Source: Chiloscyllium plagiosum (taxonomy: Eukaryota). Taken from it: DNA of 64,000 nt. Position 1 is the stretch's first letter. Every line of letters begins with the position of its first letter. The DNA lies in assembly GCF_004010195.1 (NCBI RefSeq), contig NC_057755.1, positions 1,167,306 through 1,231,305 on the forward strand, given 5' to 3'. The notes below the pieces were generated by a model. That model was given only the letters and a program-made list of their open reading frames with translations, ran no database searches and was not told where the DNA came from. This document shows, in pieces, positions 13,481 to 26,965 of the stretch. The translations under genes and the position numbers were made by a program.

Positions 13481-14124
13481 CTTATAAAAGGGACGTAAAA
13501 GAGAAATTATACTAAAATGCTTTCACTACAGACTGAAGAATACGGTAAAAATAATTCAAATCTCCTTCTGTTCACATCAGTACAATTGGTCAATAATCAG
13601 ATTTAATCTCCAGAAGCTTAGTGACTGGCCATGCCAGGTTTTAGCAAATTTCTCTCATTTTTGATGTTGCTAATTTATGAGAATGGCACAATTTTACATG
13701 AATTAAATTAGAAAGTGGCAATTCCCCGTACTTTATAAAAGCATATAATTTAAATCATTATACTACTTTGGGGAGATTAGTATCATGAAACCACACTAAC
13801 TGCTGCTATGAGACCCATTCCACTGAATATTATGCAAGGAATGTTATTTTCTGTCATTAAAATAGTGGAAATATTGTTGTTCTCTTGGTTTGTAGGGAGG
13901 GAGTTTCCCACTTCACTTCCCATTCAACAGGCTACATATTTTCTGCAGGTGTGGCTATTGTTATGCTGTATTTCATGGGAATTTCTTGAGTCCCCAAATT
14001 CTGGCAGATGCTCTCGTACGGGAATAGAATGTTAGAAAATCCTGTTGTTTAGCATTGCGAATTTTATCAGAGACTATCCTCTACTTGCAAGATCCTATCA
14101 ATGTGCTGGACAATTCTCCATACA

Positions 14125-14460
14125 TACAAGATAATCATAGGGTTAGATAGGGTGGACAGGGAGAGCCTTTTTCCAAGTATGGGGACGGCAAACACGAGGG
14201 GACACAACTTTAACGTGAGGGGAGATAGGTATAAGACAGATGTTAGAGGTAGTTTCTTTACTCAGAGAGTAGTAAGGGTATGGAATGCTTTGCCTGCATC
14301 GGTAGTAGATTCACTAAGTTTAAGTGCATTTAAGTCGTCATTGGACAGGCAACTGGACGTACATGGAATAGCGCAGATGGAATAGGCTTCAGATTAGTAT
14401 GAGAGGGTGGCGCAACATCGACGGCTGAATGGCCTGTACTGAACTGTAATGTTCTATGTT
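14125..14460 (+). mobile_element. CR1 LINE, 5'-truncated 3' end
   Basis: YKIIIGLDRVD..TRGHNFNVRG..FFTQRVVRVWNALP with a GTTCTATGTT tail. Absent from the paralogous intron at ~55.0 kb. Confidence 0.88.
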
Positions 14461-14856
14461 AATTCATGACTTGAGGTCGTCAAAATTGCAGAATTCGTCT
14501 TTCACTGAACTGTGATTCATCTAAATAATTAGATTTGAAAAAGTCACCTTATGTAATTATATCAATTGAAAACCCTTCCCACTCCTTGTAAGGAACCAGT
14601 GTATTATTTCTGATGATACTTCAGTTGCCTTGCCTTGCACCTTAAAACTGATGTTCTGAATGATTAATATTGCTTTTCAAATTTATTTTTCCCAACATTG
14701 GTGTTTAAAATGCTTAGAATATCTATACATATTCCACGTTTTCCTCTTCATAACTACTAGAGATTATACTTCAAAAATATTTATCTGGAAGCATTAAGCC
14801 TATGACTTAAGGAGTCCTGTTCATACTTTATTTATTATATTAACATAAATACTCAC

Positions 14857-15015
14857 TTTAGCGTCTTGCAGGTCTCTTCTGAGGCAGAAGGGAAAGGGGG
14901 CGGATCGGTCTGTGAAGGATTTTGATGTCAGATCAAACGTGTCAACGACTAGTTTGTACTGAGAGTAGAGGCCAGCTCCTCGAAACTCAAACCTGTGAGA
15001 CAATTACTTTGCAGT
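14857..15015 (-). pseudogene. Disabled LRR exon (ribonuclease-inhibitor-like) of an NLR gene
   Basis: Acceptor ccccag| and donor |gtgagt. Reads LQSNCLTGLSFEELASTLSTN*SLTRL, then a frameshift, then DLTSKSFTDRS. Confidence 0.75.
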
Positions 15016-15659
15016 CTGGGGATCAGTGAGAGTAAAATGAGAATTGTGGTGAAATCCAATGTTCTCGGTGACAATAATAATGTACAGTGTGAAGTCCTCA
15101 AGATTTGCTTTCGAAGAAAAGTTGTATTGTTCCTGTAAAATTGATGTCTGACTTCATCAGAACCAGAAAAAGCAATGAATGAAAGAATATAGTGACAAAG
15201 GAAGAGATGGGGAACTGGAGGCAATGGAAGAACAAAATGGAACTGCGAGAGTGATTAAATGACAAAAGGGTAAGGATGCAAAACACAATCTCTGTATCCT
15301 CATGTACTTGCCCTAGGTTACTAGGAAGATAATGGGGTAAGTCAGTGGAGCAAGAATGGAGTAAGTGCTGGTGTTGAAGGGCCATGATTGTACTAGAAGC
15401 TATGAAATTCTGATATTAGGGATGGAATCAGGACGTGTGGCTATGTGGGCAGTGTAGGGAAAGTCATAAATGCAATAATGCCAGAGCCAGACAATTAGCT
15501 GCTGATGGGCAGGTGATAGTCGTCCATTCAGTGTGGGCAGAGGACATCCTGGTTCAGGCAATATTGGGACCAGTTTAAAGGCAGTCAGCAGCACTTTAAA
15601 ACAGCAGCTCTGGAGGGAGCAGCCTGGGATAATCAGCTACTAACAAAGAGCTGAAATAG

Positions 15660-15860
15660 CAGCAGTTCGATTCAGGTTGCTCCCTGATTCATTGACGCTC
15701 CTCCAGATTGCTTGGGAACAGAAACAATCCCTGTTCCAACAAGACTCGGAGGATACGATCAACAAGGCAATGCAGGCAAATTCCAAAAGACAAGGCATGG
15801 GGCACTTGACAAAACAGGATCAATGAGTTGATGTTTTCTTGAAAAGTCAGAAGGTTAAAC
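15660..15860 (+). mobile_element. Possible Harbinger-type Myb/SANT gene remnant
   Basis: Frame-broken peptide AP*FIDA..LLQIAWEQKQSLFQQD..NRINEL resembles the Myb/SANT-like domain. Very degraded. Confidence 0.35.
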
Positions 15861-18800
15861 TGAAGGCCTTGTATGTGATCAAAGATGAAAGTGGAATTAG
15901 TAGAAAAAGACATCCTCACCCAGCCATTGGCAAAGCCTCAGCAGCAGCATTTCACCTCAATAACCATGCACTCCTCTGTGTGAGTATGGATTGTCCAGTG
16001 TGCACTGACAAGAACACAGTAGCAGCTTCCTGCAGCATCTGGGTGGGGTCTCACAGGTGTTCCTAGTGAGCCAACATGTCCACATCTCCTCTGAATATAA
16101 CTCCAGCATCCATGTAGAAGGCTCTCAGGTTGTCAGAAACCCCCAGGCTTTAGGCAACTCGAGGAGAATTAGAGTTACCAACATCCTTGAAGGAAAGAGA
16201 TCAGCACCACTTCAGCTGACAACTCAGAGGCACAACATCGGAACAAGCAGTTGTTTAAAAACTTTCCCATGAAGTTTTGAGATTTCACATGAGTATAGTT
16301 TACAATTAGATGTCAGCTTGCTGTGTTAGGGTTTTCATTAATTCGGAGGGTACATGAGAAAAGGACAACCTTCAATTTTGCACCCTGCTGGGTCTTGAAG
16401 AGCTCACTGTGTCTTGAAAACAGTAAAATGAGAATAAAGGTGCTGAATGATATCAAAAAATTCTGCTTACTATGTTTCATTAGTGATGGCTCCAAGAGAT
16501 AGTAAAGACATTCAAAGAACAACACCAGGGCACCAGGTGGGAAATATATTGAATGGATGTGAGAGTCTTCCTGAGTTGAAATGTGCCTGTATTACTGAAG
16601 CTCAAGCCTCCCTCACAGACATCTGGCATTGCATTTTCTGTGGTCCCTGGGACTCTTTAATATGTAGTCTCTGGTTAATATTGACTCAAGCTCTTGATTG
16701 TTCAGTAAAGGATGGAACTCAGTTTTACTCACTGTTCCAAACCTTCTCTCAATATCGCTTCAGATTACAAAGAATACAGCACACCACCAGGACACAGGAC
16801 TTTTGTGTCCCTCCTCCACATGACTTCCACACAGATGCACATTGACCCATGCCCCCTTCAGTCATTACAGCTTGTTTACAGTTATTCTTTGATGCATCTA
16901 TGGCGTTTATTGCACATTCTAATTGTCCTTGTGTACATACTCCTGAGCTTGGCTGGATGCTGTCCATCTGGCGTAAGCACATTTGTAGACAGCTCGGTGC
17001 TGGGGAAAAAAATAAGCACTACCGCAGTTAGGCGGTAGCGTGGGGGTTAATAAAAAATGAACATTTTGTTAAAAAAAACCAGGACATGCAGTGGAGATCC
17101 CCAGTGGAGGGTTCTCTACGTGGGAGTCCTCCCCCTTTCTCTCGGGGATCTGGGGTAGAGGGTGCTGCACGCAGCAGCCCCCTGCAACCACAGATAGTGG
17201 TGGTTCATGGACTCCCAGCCTAACTGCTTGTTTTGTGGTGCTATGGAGTCTGTGGACCATATATATTGGGTATGGGCGTTTGCACTCCGTTTTTGATTTT
17301 CTCAAAAACCTCTCCCTCTGCTTTTAATTGCACATCAGTCCCACGCTCCTGAGCTTTGGGCACCTGGTGCGGAGGAGGGGTTCGGAAGACCTCCCCGTGG
17401 GTCTGCTCCTGGGCCTGGTCAAACTGGCTATAAACAGGTCCAGGCAGCGGGCCGTGGAGGGGGTCGTTGGGGCCGATTGCCTGCCCCTCTTCCACTGTTA
17501 ATTTAGAGCCCGGGTGTCTCTGGAGAAGGAGCACACGATGTCCATTAACACGCTGGAGTTGTTCAGGGAGAGGTGGGCGCCACAGGGAGTGGAGTGCATT
17601 ATTTCCCCGTCCAACTCTATTTTGATTTAATCCCTTCCCTACCCTTCACTGTTTGATCACACAACATTGCTCTTTGATGTGAAGGGCACTGCTTGTCACT
17701 GGCCACTCGAGTGTTTCCTTTTTGTCCTGGTGGTGGAAACTGAACAAAGATTCGTGCACTTTGTGTCTTTCACTGTGTCTCACACTTGCACACAGACAAC
17801 ATGGGTGCTGGGGAAAAAATAAGCACTATCGCAGTTAGGTGGAAGTGTGAGAGTTTTTAAAAAAAACGGCAAATAAAAACAAAAAAAATACAGCAAGTGC
17901 AGTGGAGATCCCCAGTGGAGGGCTGTCTATGCGGGGGTCCTCCCCCTTTCTCTCGGGGATCTGGGGTAGAGGATGCTGCACGCAGCGGTCCCCTGCAACT
18001 GCTTGTTCTGTGGTGCTGTGGAGTCCGTGGACCATGTATATATTGGGTGTGAGCCTTTGCACTTCATTTTTGATTTTATCAAAAACCTCCTCCTCTACTA
18101 TTGGTTGCACTTTAGTCCCACGCTCCTGATCTTCAGGCATCCAGTACGGAGAAGGGAGGGTAGGTCTGAAGACCTCCTAGTGGGTCTGCTCCTGGGCCTG
18201 GCCAAACTGCCATAAACAGGTCCAGACAGCGGGCCATGGAGGGGGTCATTAGGGCCGACTGTTTGCCCCTTTTCCGCGGTTATGTTAGAGCCTGGGTGTC
18301 TCTGGAAAATGAGCATGCAGTATCCACCGACACCCTGGAGTTGTTCAGAGAGACGTGGACGCCACAAGGAATGGAGTGTATTATTTCCCCCTCCAAATCT
18401 ATTTTGATTTAATCCCTGCCCTCCCCTTCACTGTCTGCTCATACAGCATTGCCCTTTGATGTGAAGGGCAATGCTTGTCACTGGCAACTCGAGTGTTTCT
18501 TTTCTTCCTGGTGGTGGAGATTTGAATAAAGATTCGTGCACCTTGTGTCTTTCACTGTGTCTCACACCTGCACACACACAATATGGGTGCTGGGGAAAAA
18601 ATAAGCACTACCACAGTTAGGCGCCAGTGTGGGGGTTAAGGAAAAAAATAAACAAGAGTGTTAGAAAACAAATAACCAGGAAATGCAGTGGAGATCCACA
18701 GTGGAGGGCTCTCTACGCGGGAGTCCTCCCCCTTTCTCTCAGGGATCTGGAGTGGAGGGTGCTGTTTGTTCTGTGGTGCTGTAGAGTCTGTGGACCATGT

Positions 18801-21744
18801 ATTTATTAGGTGTGGGCGTTTGCACTCCCTTTTTGATTTTCTCAAAAACCTCCTCCTTTGCTTTAGGTTGCACTTCAGTCCCACGCTCCTAATATTCGGG
18901 TACCCGGTACAGAGAAGGGAGGGCGGGTCTGAAGACCCCCTCGTGGGTCTGCTCCTGGGTTTGGCCATAAACAGGTTAAGGCAGCGGGCCGTGGAAGGGG
19001 TCATTAGGTCCCACTGCCTGCCCTCTTCCATGGTTACGTTAGAGCCTGGGTTTCTCTGGAAAAGGATCACACAGTGTCCACCAACACCCTGGAGTTATTC
19101 AGGGAGAGGTGGGCGCCGCAGGGAGTGGAGTGCATTACTTCCCCCTCCAAATCTATTTTAATTTAGTCCCTGCCCTCCACTTCACTGTTTGATCACACAG
19201 CATTGCCCTTTGATGTGAAGGGCATTGCTTGCCACTGGCCACTCAGGTGTTTCCTTTCTTCCTGGTGGTGGAAATTTGAAGAAAGATTCGTGTGCCTTGT
19301 GTCTTTCACTGTGCCTCACACCCACACTCATACAGCATGGGTGCTGGGGAAAAAGTAAGCACTACCGCAGGTAGGTGGTAGTGTGGGGGTGGGAAAACAA
19401 AGAGGAGAAAAGTGTCAGACACCTTGAAAAAAATAATAAACAGGAGGGTCAGGGGTTCTGCTCACTCTGAGAGCTGGCTCTGAGGGAGCTGGATACTAAA
19501 AAAAAGAAAATAACCAGGAACTGCAGTGGAGATCCCCAATGGAGTGCACTCTACCCAGGAGTCCTCCCCCTTTTGCTTGGGGATCTGGGTTGAAGGGTGC
19601 AGCACACAGCGTTTCCCTGAAATCGCAGATTGCAGTGGTTCATGGACTCCCAGACCAACTGCATGTTCTGTGGTGCTGTGGATTCCGTGAACCATGTATA
19701 TATTGGGTGTGAGCGCTTGCACTCCCTTTTTGATTTCCTTAAAAACCTGCTCCTCTGTCTTTGGTTGCACTTCCGTCCCATGCTCCTGATCTTTGGGCAA
19801 CTGCTGGGGAGGGAGGTCAGATGACCTCCTCGTGAGTCTGCTCCTGTGCCTGGCCAAACACTTGTCTGTGCTGTGGACCGTGGAAGGGGTCATTATGGCC
19901 GACTACCTGCCCCACTTCCATGGTTACGTTCAAGCCTGGGTATCTCTAGAAAAGGAGCATGCAATGTCCACCAACACCCTTGAGCTGTTCAGGGAGAGGT
20001 GGGAAACACAGGGAGTGGAGTGTATCATTTCCTCATCCTACTCTATTTCAATTTAATCTCTGTCCTCCCCTTCACTGTCTGATCACGCAGCATTGTCCTT
20101 TGATGTGAAGAGTACTGCTTGTCACTGGCCACTTGGGTGTTTCTTTTCTTCCTGATGGTGGAAATTGAATAAAGATTTGTACACCTTGTGATTTTCACTG
20201 TGTCTCACACCTGCACACACAAAATGAATGCTGGGGAAAAATAGATTACCTGAGGTTCTGTTCACTCTGACAGCTGGCTCTGAAAAAAGAAATAAACCGA
20301 TGTGTCAGAGACTCCAAATAAAACAGGAGGGGCAGAAAAAAAACAGGAAATGCAATGGAGAGCCGTCTAAGTGGGAGTACTCCCCCTTTCTCTCGGGGAT
20401 TTGGGGTAGAGGGTGCTGCATGCAGCAGTCCCCTGCAACTGCAGATTGTGGTGGTTCACTGACAACCAGCTCAACTGCTTGTTCTGTGGTGCTGTGGATT
20501 CGTGGACCATGCATATATTGGGTGTGAGCACTGACAGTCCGTTTTTGATTTCCTTAAAAACCTGTTGCGCTATCTTTGGTTGCACTTCAGTCCCACGCAC
20601 CTGATCTTTGGGCTCCCGATGGGGAGAGGGGTGGGTAGATCAGAGAACCTCCTCGTGGACTTGCTCTAGGGCCTGGCCATAAACAGGTCCAGGCAGTGGA
20701 TCATTAGAGCCGAATGCCTGCCCCTCTTCTGCAGGTATGTCATAGCCCAGGTGTCCCTGGAGAAGGAGCACGCGGTGTCCACCAACACGCTCGGGATTTT
20801 AAGGGGAAGGTGGGCACCGCAGGGTGTGGAGTGCATTGTTTCTCCCTCCAACGCTATTTTGATTTGATCATTGCCTTCCTCTTCACTGCTTGATCACAAC
20901 ACATGCCCTCTCAGAAGGGCACAGCTTGTCACTGGCACTCAGGTACTCCCTTTCTTCCTGGTGATGGAAACTGAATAAAGATTTGTACACCTGTTGTCTT
21001 TCACTGTGTCTCACACCTGCACATACACAACATGGGTGCGAGGAATGTTAAAAAAAAGAAAAACAAAAAATACAGAAAATGTAGTCGAGGGCTCTCTACA
21101 CAGGAGCTCCCCCACCTCCTTCTCTAGGGGATCTGGAGTGAAGCGGCGGTTTACAGACTGCCAGCCCAACTGCTTGTCCTGTGGTGCTGTGGAATCCATG
21201 GACTATGGATGTATTGGGTGTGGGCACTTGAACTCTGTTTTTGATTTTCTTAATGACCTTCTTCTCTGTTTTTGGTTACACTTCAGGCAACTGGTCATAA
21301 ACAGGATAGGGGTCATTAGAGCCGATTGTCTGCCCCTCTTCTGTAGGTATGTCAAAGCCCGGGTGTCCCTGGAGAAGGAGCACGCGGTGTCCACCAACAC
21401 CCTCACGATTTTCAGGGAAAGTTGGGCACTGCAGGGATTGGAGTGCATTATTTCCCCGTCCAACTCTACTTTGACTTGATCCCTGCCCTCCCCATCACTG
21501 TTCAATCACGCAGCATTGCCCTTTGATGAGAAGGACACTGTTTGTCACTGACCACTTGGGTGTTTCCTTTCTTCCTGATGGTGGAAATTGAATAAAGATT
21601 TTGTATCTCACTGTGTCTTACAACTGCACACAAACAACATGGATGCTGGGGAAAATATAAACACTACCGCAGTTGGGCGGTAGGTGGGGCATGAAAAATA
21701 CCAGGAAATGCAGTGGAGATCCCAAACGGAGGTCTCTCTACACA

Positions 21745-22382
21745 GTACAAGGTCAATTCTTTGAATGGCACGACTATCTTGTTTTGAAAGATTGGAGCGA
21801 CTGGGCTTGTATACCCTTGAGTTTAGAAGACGGTGAGGGGAGCTGATTGAGACGTATACAATCATTAAAGGATTGGACACTCTGGAGGCAGGAAACATGT
21901 TTCCGCTGATGGGTGAGTCCTGAACCAGAGGACACAGCTTGAAAATAAGGGGTGGTCCATTTACGACAGAGATGAGGAGAAACTTCTTCACCCTGAGAGT
22001 GGTGGGTGTGTGATGTTCAGATGTTCTGAAGATGTTCTGAAGAACAAAAAAAAGCAGATGTCCTCCCCCCCCCCAAAAAAAATGCAAATAACCAACAAAT
22101 GGAATGGAGATACCCAATGGAAGGCTCTCTACGAGGGGGTCCTCACCCTCTCTCTCAGCGGGTATGTGGAGTGCTCTGCTTCAGAAGGCAGTGGAGACCC
22201 AGTCTCTGGATTCATTTAAGAAACTGTTTGATAGAGCTCTCAAGGATAGTGGAATCAAGGGTTATGGAGATAAGGCAGGAACAGGATACTGATTGAGGAT
22301 GATCAGCCATGATCATAATGAATGGTGGTGCAGGCTCGAAGGGCAGAATGGCCTACTCCTGCACCTATTGTCTATTGTCTAT
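21745..22382 (+). mobile_element. CR1 3' end inserted into an array unit
   Basis: Encodes LERLGLYTLEFRR..TRGHSLKIRG..FFTLRVV and ends in a CTATTGT repeat tail. The array unit resumes with gtcctccc afterwards. Same family as 50388-50820. Confidence 0.85.
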
Positions 22383-25300
22383 AGTCCTCCCACTTTCGCT
22401 CAGGGATCTCGGGTGGTGGGTGCTGCGTGCAGCAGTCCCCTGCAATTTCCGAGGTGACCTTAAAATAAGAAAAAAAGAAAACAAAAGAAATAACCAGGAG
22501 CGTTGGCCTGGTCAAACTGGCCATAAACAGGTCCAGACAGCAAGCTATGGAGGGGGTCGTTCGTGCCGATTGCCTGCCCCTCTTCCATGGTTATGTTCGA
22601 GCCCGGGTGTCTCTGGAGAAAGCTTGCAGTGTCCTTCAACACCTTTGAGCTGGTCTCGGAGAGGTGGGCACCACACGGAGTAGAGTGTATTATTTCCCTC
22701 TCCAACTCTATTTTGATTTAATCACTGCCTCCACTTCACTGTTTGACCATGCAGCTTTGCCCTCTAAGAATGGCACTGCTTGTCACTGGCCCTTTGGGTG
22801 CTTCCTTTCTTCCTGGTACATCTCTATGACTCTATAAATTGAATAAAGATTTGTACACCATGTGTCTTTCACTGTATCTCACACCTGCACACTCACAACA
22901 TTGGTGCTGGGGAAAACATAAGCACTATTGCAGTTAGGTGGTAGTGTGGGGATAAGGAAAAAAATAAACTGGAGTGTCAGATGTTCTGAAGAACAAAAAA
23001 AAAGCAGATGTCCTCCCCCCCAAAAAAAATACAAATAACCAACAAATGGAATGGAGATACCCAATGGAAGGCTCTCTACGAGGGGATCCTCACCCTCTCT
23101 CTCAGCGATCTGTGGCGGAGGCTGCCTCCCACAGTGGTCCCCTGCAACTGCAAATTGTGGTGGTTCGTGGACCACTCCCAGCCCAACAGCTTGTTCTGTG
23201 TTGCTGTGGAATCTGTGGACCATCTATATATTGGGCACTTGCACCCACGTTTTGATTTTCTTAAAAAGCTTCTTCGCTGTTTTTGTTTGCACTTCTGTTT
23301 CACAGTCCTGATCTTTGGGCACCCAGAGCAAACGGGGGCAGGTCAGGTCAGGGGACCACCATGTGGGTCTTCTCCTGAGCTTGGCCAAACTGGTCATGAA
23401 CAGGTCCAGGCAGTGGACCATGGAAGGTGTCGTTAGGGCTGATTGCCTTCCCCTCTTCCAGGTTCGAGCCCTGGTATCTCCGGAGGAGCATGCAGTGTCC
23501 AGTAATGCCCTTGAACTGTTCAGGGAGAGGTTGGTACCACTCAGTGCATTATTTTCCCCCAACTCTATCTTGATTTAATCACTGCTATCCACTTCACTGT
23601 TTGATCATGCAGCATTGTCCTCTAAGAAGGGCACTGCTTGTCATTGGCCACTTGGGTGTTTCCTTTTTTCTGGAGATGAAAATTGAATAAAACATTTGTA
23701 GACCCTATGTCTTTCACTATCTCTCACATCTGAACACGCAGATCATGACTGCTGTGGAAAAAGGAAAAAAAAACCCAAGAGGGTTAGAGGTTGAGAAAAA
23801 AAAAAGAAAAAGAAAAAATAAAATAAACAGGAGGTGTCCTCCCCTTCACCATTGGATCATGCAGCATTGGCCTCTGAGAAGGAAACTGCTTGTCACCGGC
23901 CACTTGGGAGTTTCATTTCTTCCTGGAGGTGGAAATTGAATAAATATTTGTACACCTTGTGTCTTTCACTGTGTCTCACACCTGTACACACAGAACATGG
24001 TTACTGGGGAAAATATAAGCACTATCACAGTTAGGTGGTAGAGTGGGGATAAGGAAATAAATAAAGCTGGGGATCTTAAGAACATAAAAAAAAACAGGAG
24101 ATGCCCTCGCTCCCCCCCAAAAAAACAGGAAATGGAGTGGAGATCCCCAAAGGAGAGCTCTCTACATGGGTGGTGGTGTCCTTCTCCTTTCTCTCAGGGA
24201 TCTAGGGTGGAATGTGCTGCACGCAGCAGTCCCCTACAACCACAGATTGCGGTGGTTCACAGACTCCCAGACCAACTGCTTGTTCTGTCGTGATGCGGAG
24301 TCCATGGACCGTGTATATATTGGGTGCACTTGCACTCTCTTTTTGATTTTCTTAAATACCTTCTTCTCTGCTTTTGGTTGCACTTCAATCCCACACTCCT
24401 TATCTTCGGGCATCCGGTGCAAAGAAGGGGGGAGGGGCTGGTCAGAGGACCTCCTCATGGGTTGGCTCCTGGGCCTGGCCAAACTGGCCATAAGCAGGTT
24501 CACGCTGCAGTCCGTGGAGGAAGCCTTATGGCCAATTGCTTGCCTCTCTTCTGAGGTTATGTTCCAGCCGGGGTGTCTCTGGAGAAGGAACATATGGTGT
24601 TCACAAACACCCTCGTGATTTTCAGGGAAAGGTGGGCAGGTATTACAGTGCATTATTTCCCACTCCAACGCTGCTTTGACTTAATCCCTGCCCTTCTCTT
24701 CACTGTTCAATCACGCAGCATTGCCCTGTTTCACACCTGCACACACACACGGGTGCTGGGGAAAATATGAGCACTATCACAGTTAGGTGATGCTGTGAGG
24801 ATAAGGAAACAAATAAATAAACAGGAGTGTCAGGTTTTCTGAAGAACAGAAAAAGTAAACAGGAGATGATCTCCCACTCAAAAAAAGGAGAAAATAACCA
24901 GGAAATGGAGTGGAGATCCTCAATGGAGGCCTGTCCACATGGGGTGATCCCCCTTTTACTTGGGTACCTGGGGTGGAGGGTGCTTCCCACAGTGGTCCCT
25001 TGCAACCGCGGATTACAGTGGTTCATGGACTCCCAGACCAACTCCCTTTTTGATTTCCTCAAAAACCTTCTCCTCTCTTTTTGTTGCACTCCAGTCCCAT
25101 GCTTCTACTCTTTGGGCACCCAGTACAATGGAGGCAGGGTAGATCAGGGGACCGGGTATCTCCTTCTGGGTTTGGCCAACCTGGTCATAAACAGGTTCAG
25201 GCAGCGGGCCATGGAAGGTGTTGTTGTGGCTGACTGCCTGCCCTTATTCTGTGGTTACATGAGTGTCCCTGGAAGAGTAGCACACAGTGTCCACCAACAC

Positions 25301-26534
25301 CTTTGAGATTTTCAGGGAAAGGTGGGCACACAGGGAATGGAGTGCATTATTTCCCCTTTCAACTCTATTTTAATTTATTCACTGCCCTCCCCATCACTGT
25401 TTGAGCATGAAACACCCAAGTGACCAGTGGAGGGCACTCTACGTGGTGGTCCTCTCTCTTTCACTGGGGGAACTGGCATGAAATGTGCCACATGCAGTGA
25501 CCCCCTGCAACTGCAGATTGTGGTGGTTCACAGACTCCAAGCCCAACTGCTTGTTCTGGGGTGCAGTGGAGTCCGTGGACCATGTACATATTGGATGTGG
25601 GTGCTTGCAATCTCTTATTCATTTTCTTAAATATCTTCTTCTCCGTTTTTGGTTGCACTTCAGTCCCACACTCCTAATCTTTGGGCATGCAGTGCAAAGG
25701 AAGATCAGAGGACCTCCTCATGGGTCTGCTACTGGGCCTGGCCAAACTGGCCATAAACAGGTCCAGGCGGCAGGCCGTAGTTGGGGTTATTATGGTCAAT
25801 TGCCTGCCCCTCTTCTGCAGCTACATCCGTGCCCGGGTGTTTGTGGAGAAGGAGCACGCGGTGTCTAGCAATACCCCTGAGCTGCTCAGGGAGAAGTGGA
25901 CAATGCAGGGAGTAGACTGCATTATTGCCCCCTCCAACTCTATTTTGATTTAATCACTGCCATCCACTTCACTGTTTGATCATGCAGCATTGCCCTCTAA
26001 GAAAGGCACTGCTTGTCACTAGCCACTTGGTTGCTTCTGTTCTTCCTGGTGGTGGAAATTGAATAAAGATTTGTTCGCCTCATGATTTTCACTGGTGAAA
26101 ATATGAGCACTATCGCAATTAGGTTGTGCTGTGGGGATAAGGAAACAAATAAATAAACAGGAGTGTCAGGTGTTCTGAAGAACAGAAAAAAATGAACAGG
26201 AGATGCCCTCCCACTCAAAAATAAAGAAAATAACCAGGAAATGGAGTGGAGATCCCCAATGGAGGCCTGTCAACATGAGGGTGCTTCCCCTTTCAGGTAT
26301 CTGTGGTGGAGGGTGCTTCCCACAGTGGTCCCCTGCAACCATGGACTGTGGTGGGTCATGGACTCCCAGACCAACTCACGTTTTGATTTTCTTATAAACC
26401 TTCTTCTCCGATTTTGTTTGCACTTCAGTCCCAAGCTCCTGATCTTTGGGCACGCGGTGTGAAAGTGGGGAGGGCAGGTCAGAAGACTTCCTCGTGGGCC
26501 TGACCAAACTAGCCTTAAATAGGTCCAGGCAGCT

Positions 26535-26965
26535 AGGCAAAAGTGAGGACTGCAGATGCTGGAAACCAAAGTTTAGATCAGAGTGGTGCTGGGAAAGCAC
26601 AGCAGGTCAGGCAGCATCCGAGGAGCAAGAAAATCGATGTTTTGGGCAAAAGCCCTTCATTAGGAATAGAAGCAGGAAGCCTCGAGGGTGGAGAGATAAA
26701 GGGGGGTGGGTGACCTGTCCTACCTGGCAATCGCCCTTCCCACCTATCCGCTCCACCCCACACCCATTCACCTATTCTACTCCTTGTTACCTTCCCCCAC
26801 CCTCCTCCCTGACCTATCACCTCCATCCCCATTCACCTATTGTAGTCTTTGTGACCTTGCCCCACCCTCCTCTCTGACCTACCACCTCCATCCCCACCCC
26901 CATTCACCTATTGTAGTCTTTGCTACCTTCTCCCCAGACTCCACCTCCATTTGTCTCTACAACCA
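26535..26965. mobile_element. PLE-terminal-repeat-derived insertion in an array unit (copy 1)
   Basis: gtgaggactgcagatgctgga..gcagcatccgaggagca followed by a pyrimidine-rich tract. It interrupts the unit at aggtccaggcag, which is repeated on the far side. A related insertion sits at the same unit position at ~27998-28340. Confidence 0.65.

Larger units (their letters stand above)
11850..14720 (+). repeat. Diverged duplicate of NLR intron sequence (paralogous to ~53230-55220)
   Basis: Collinear shared blocks, e.g. aattttcatcagaaggct (~11890) / aattttcaccagaaggct (53281), ttgccagaagtctt, taatcagatttaat, ccattccactgaa and aatgtgctggacaatt. Confidence 0.85.

Noticed and set aside
16310..16450. 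Additional LRR exon (flank resembles 15030-15055)
   Set aside because: Only ~15 nt of similarity and no recognisable LRR peptide.
16880..16995. 5' end of the host LTR with a TSD matching the flank at 39262
   Set aside because: No clean TG start with a matching duplication could be established.
17826..17848. G-U-preserving variants in the terminal hairpin as evidence of selection
   Set aside because: CpG deamination alone produces such changes, so they are not true covariation.
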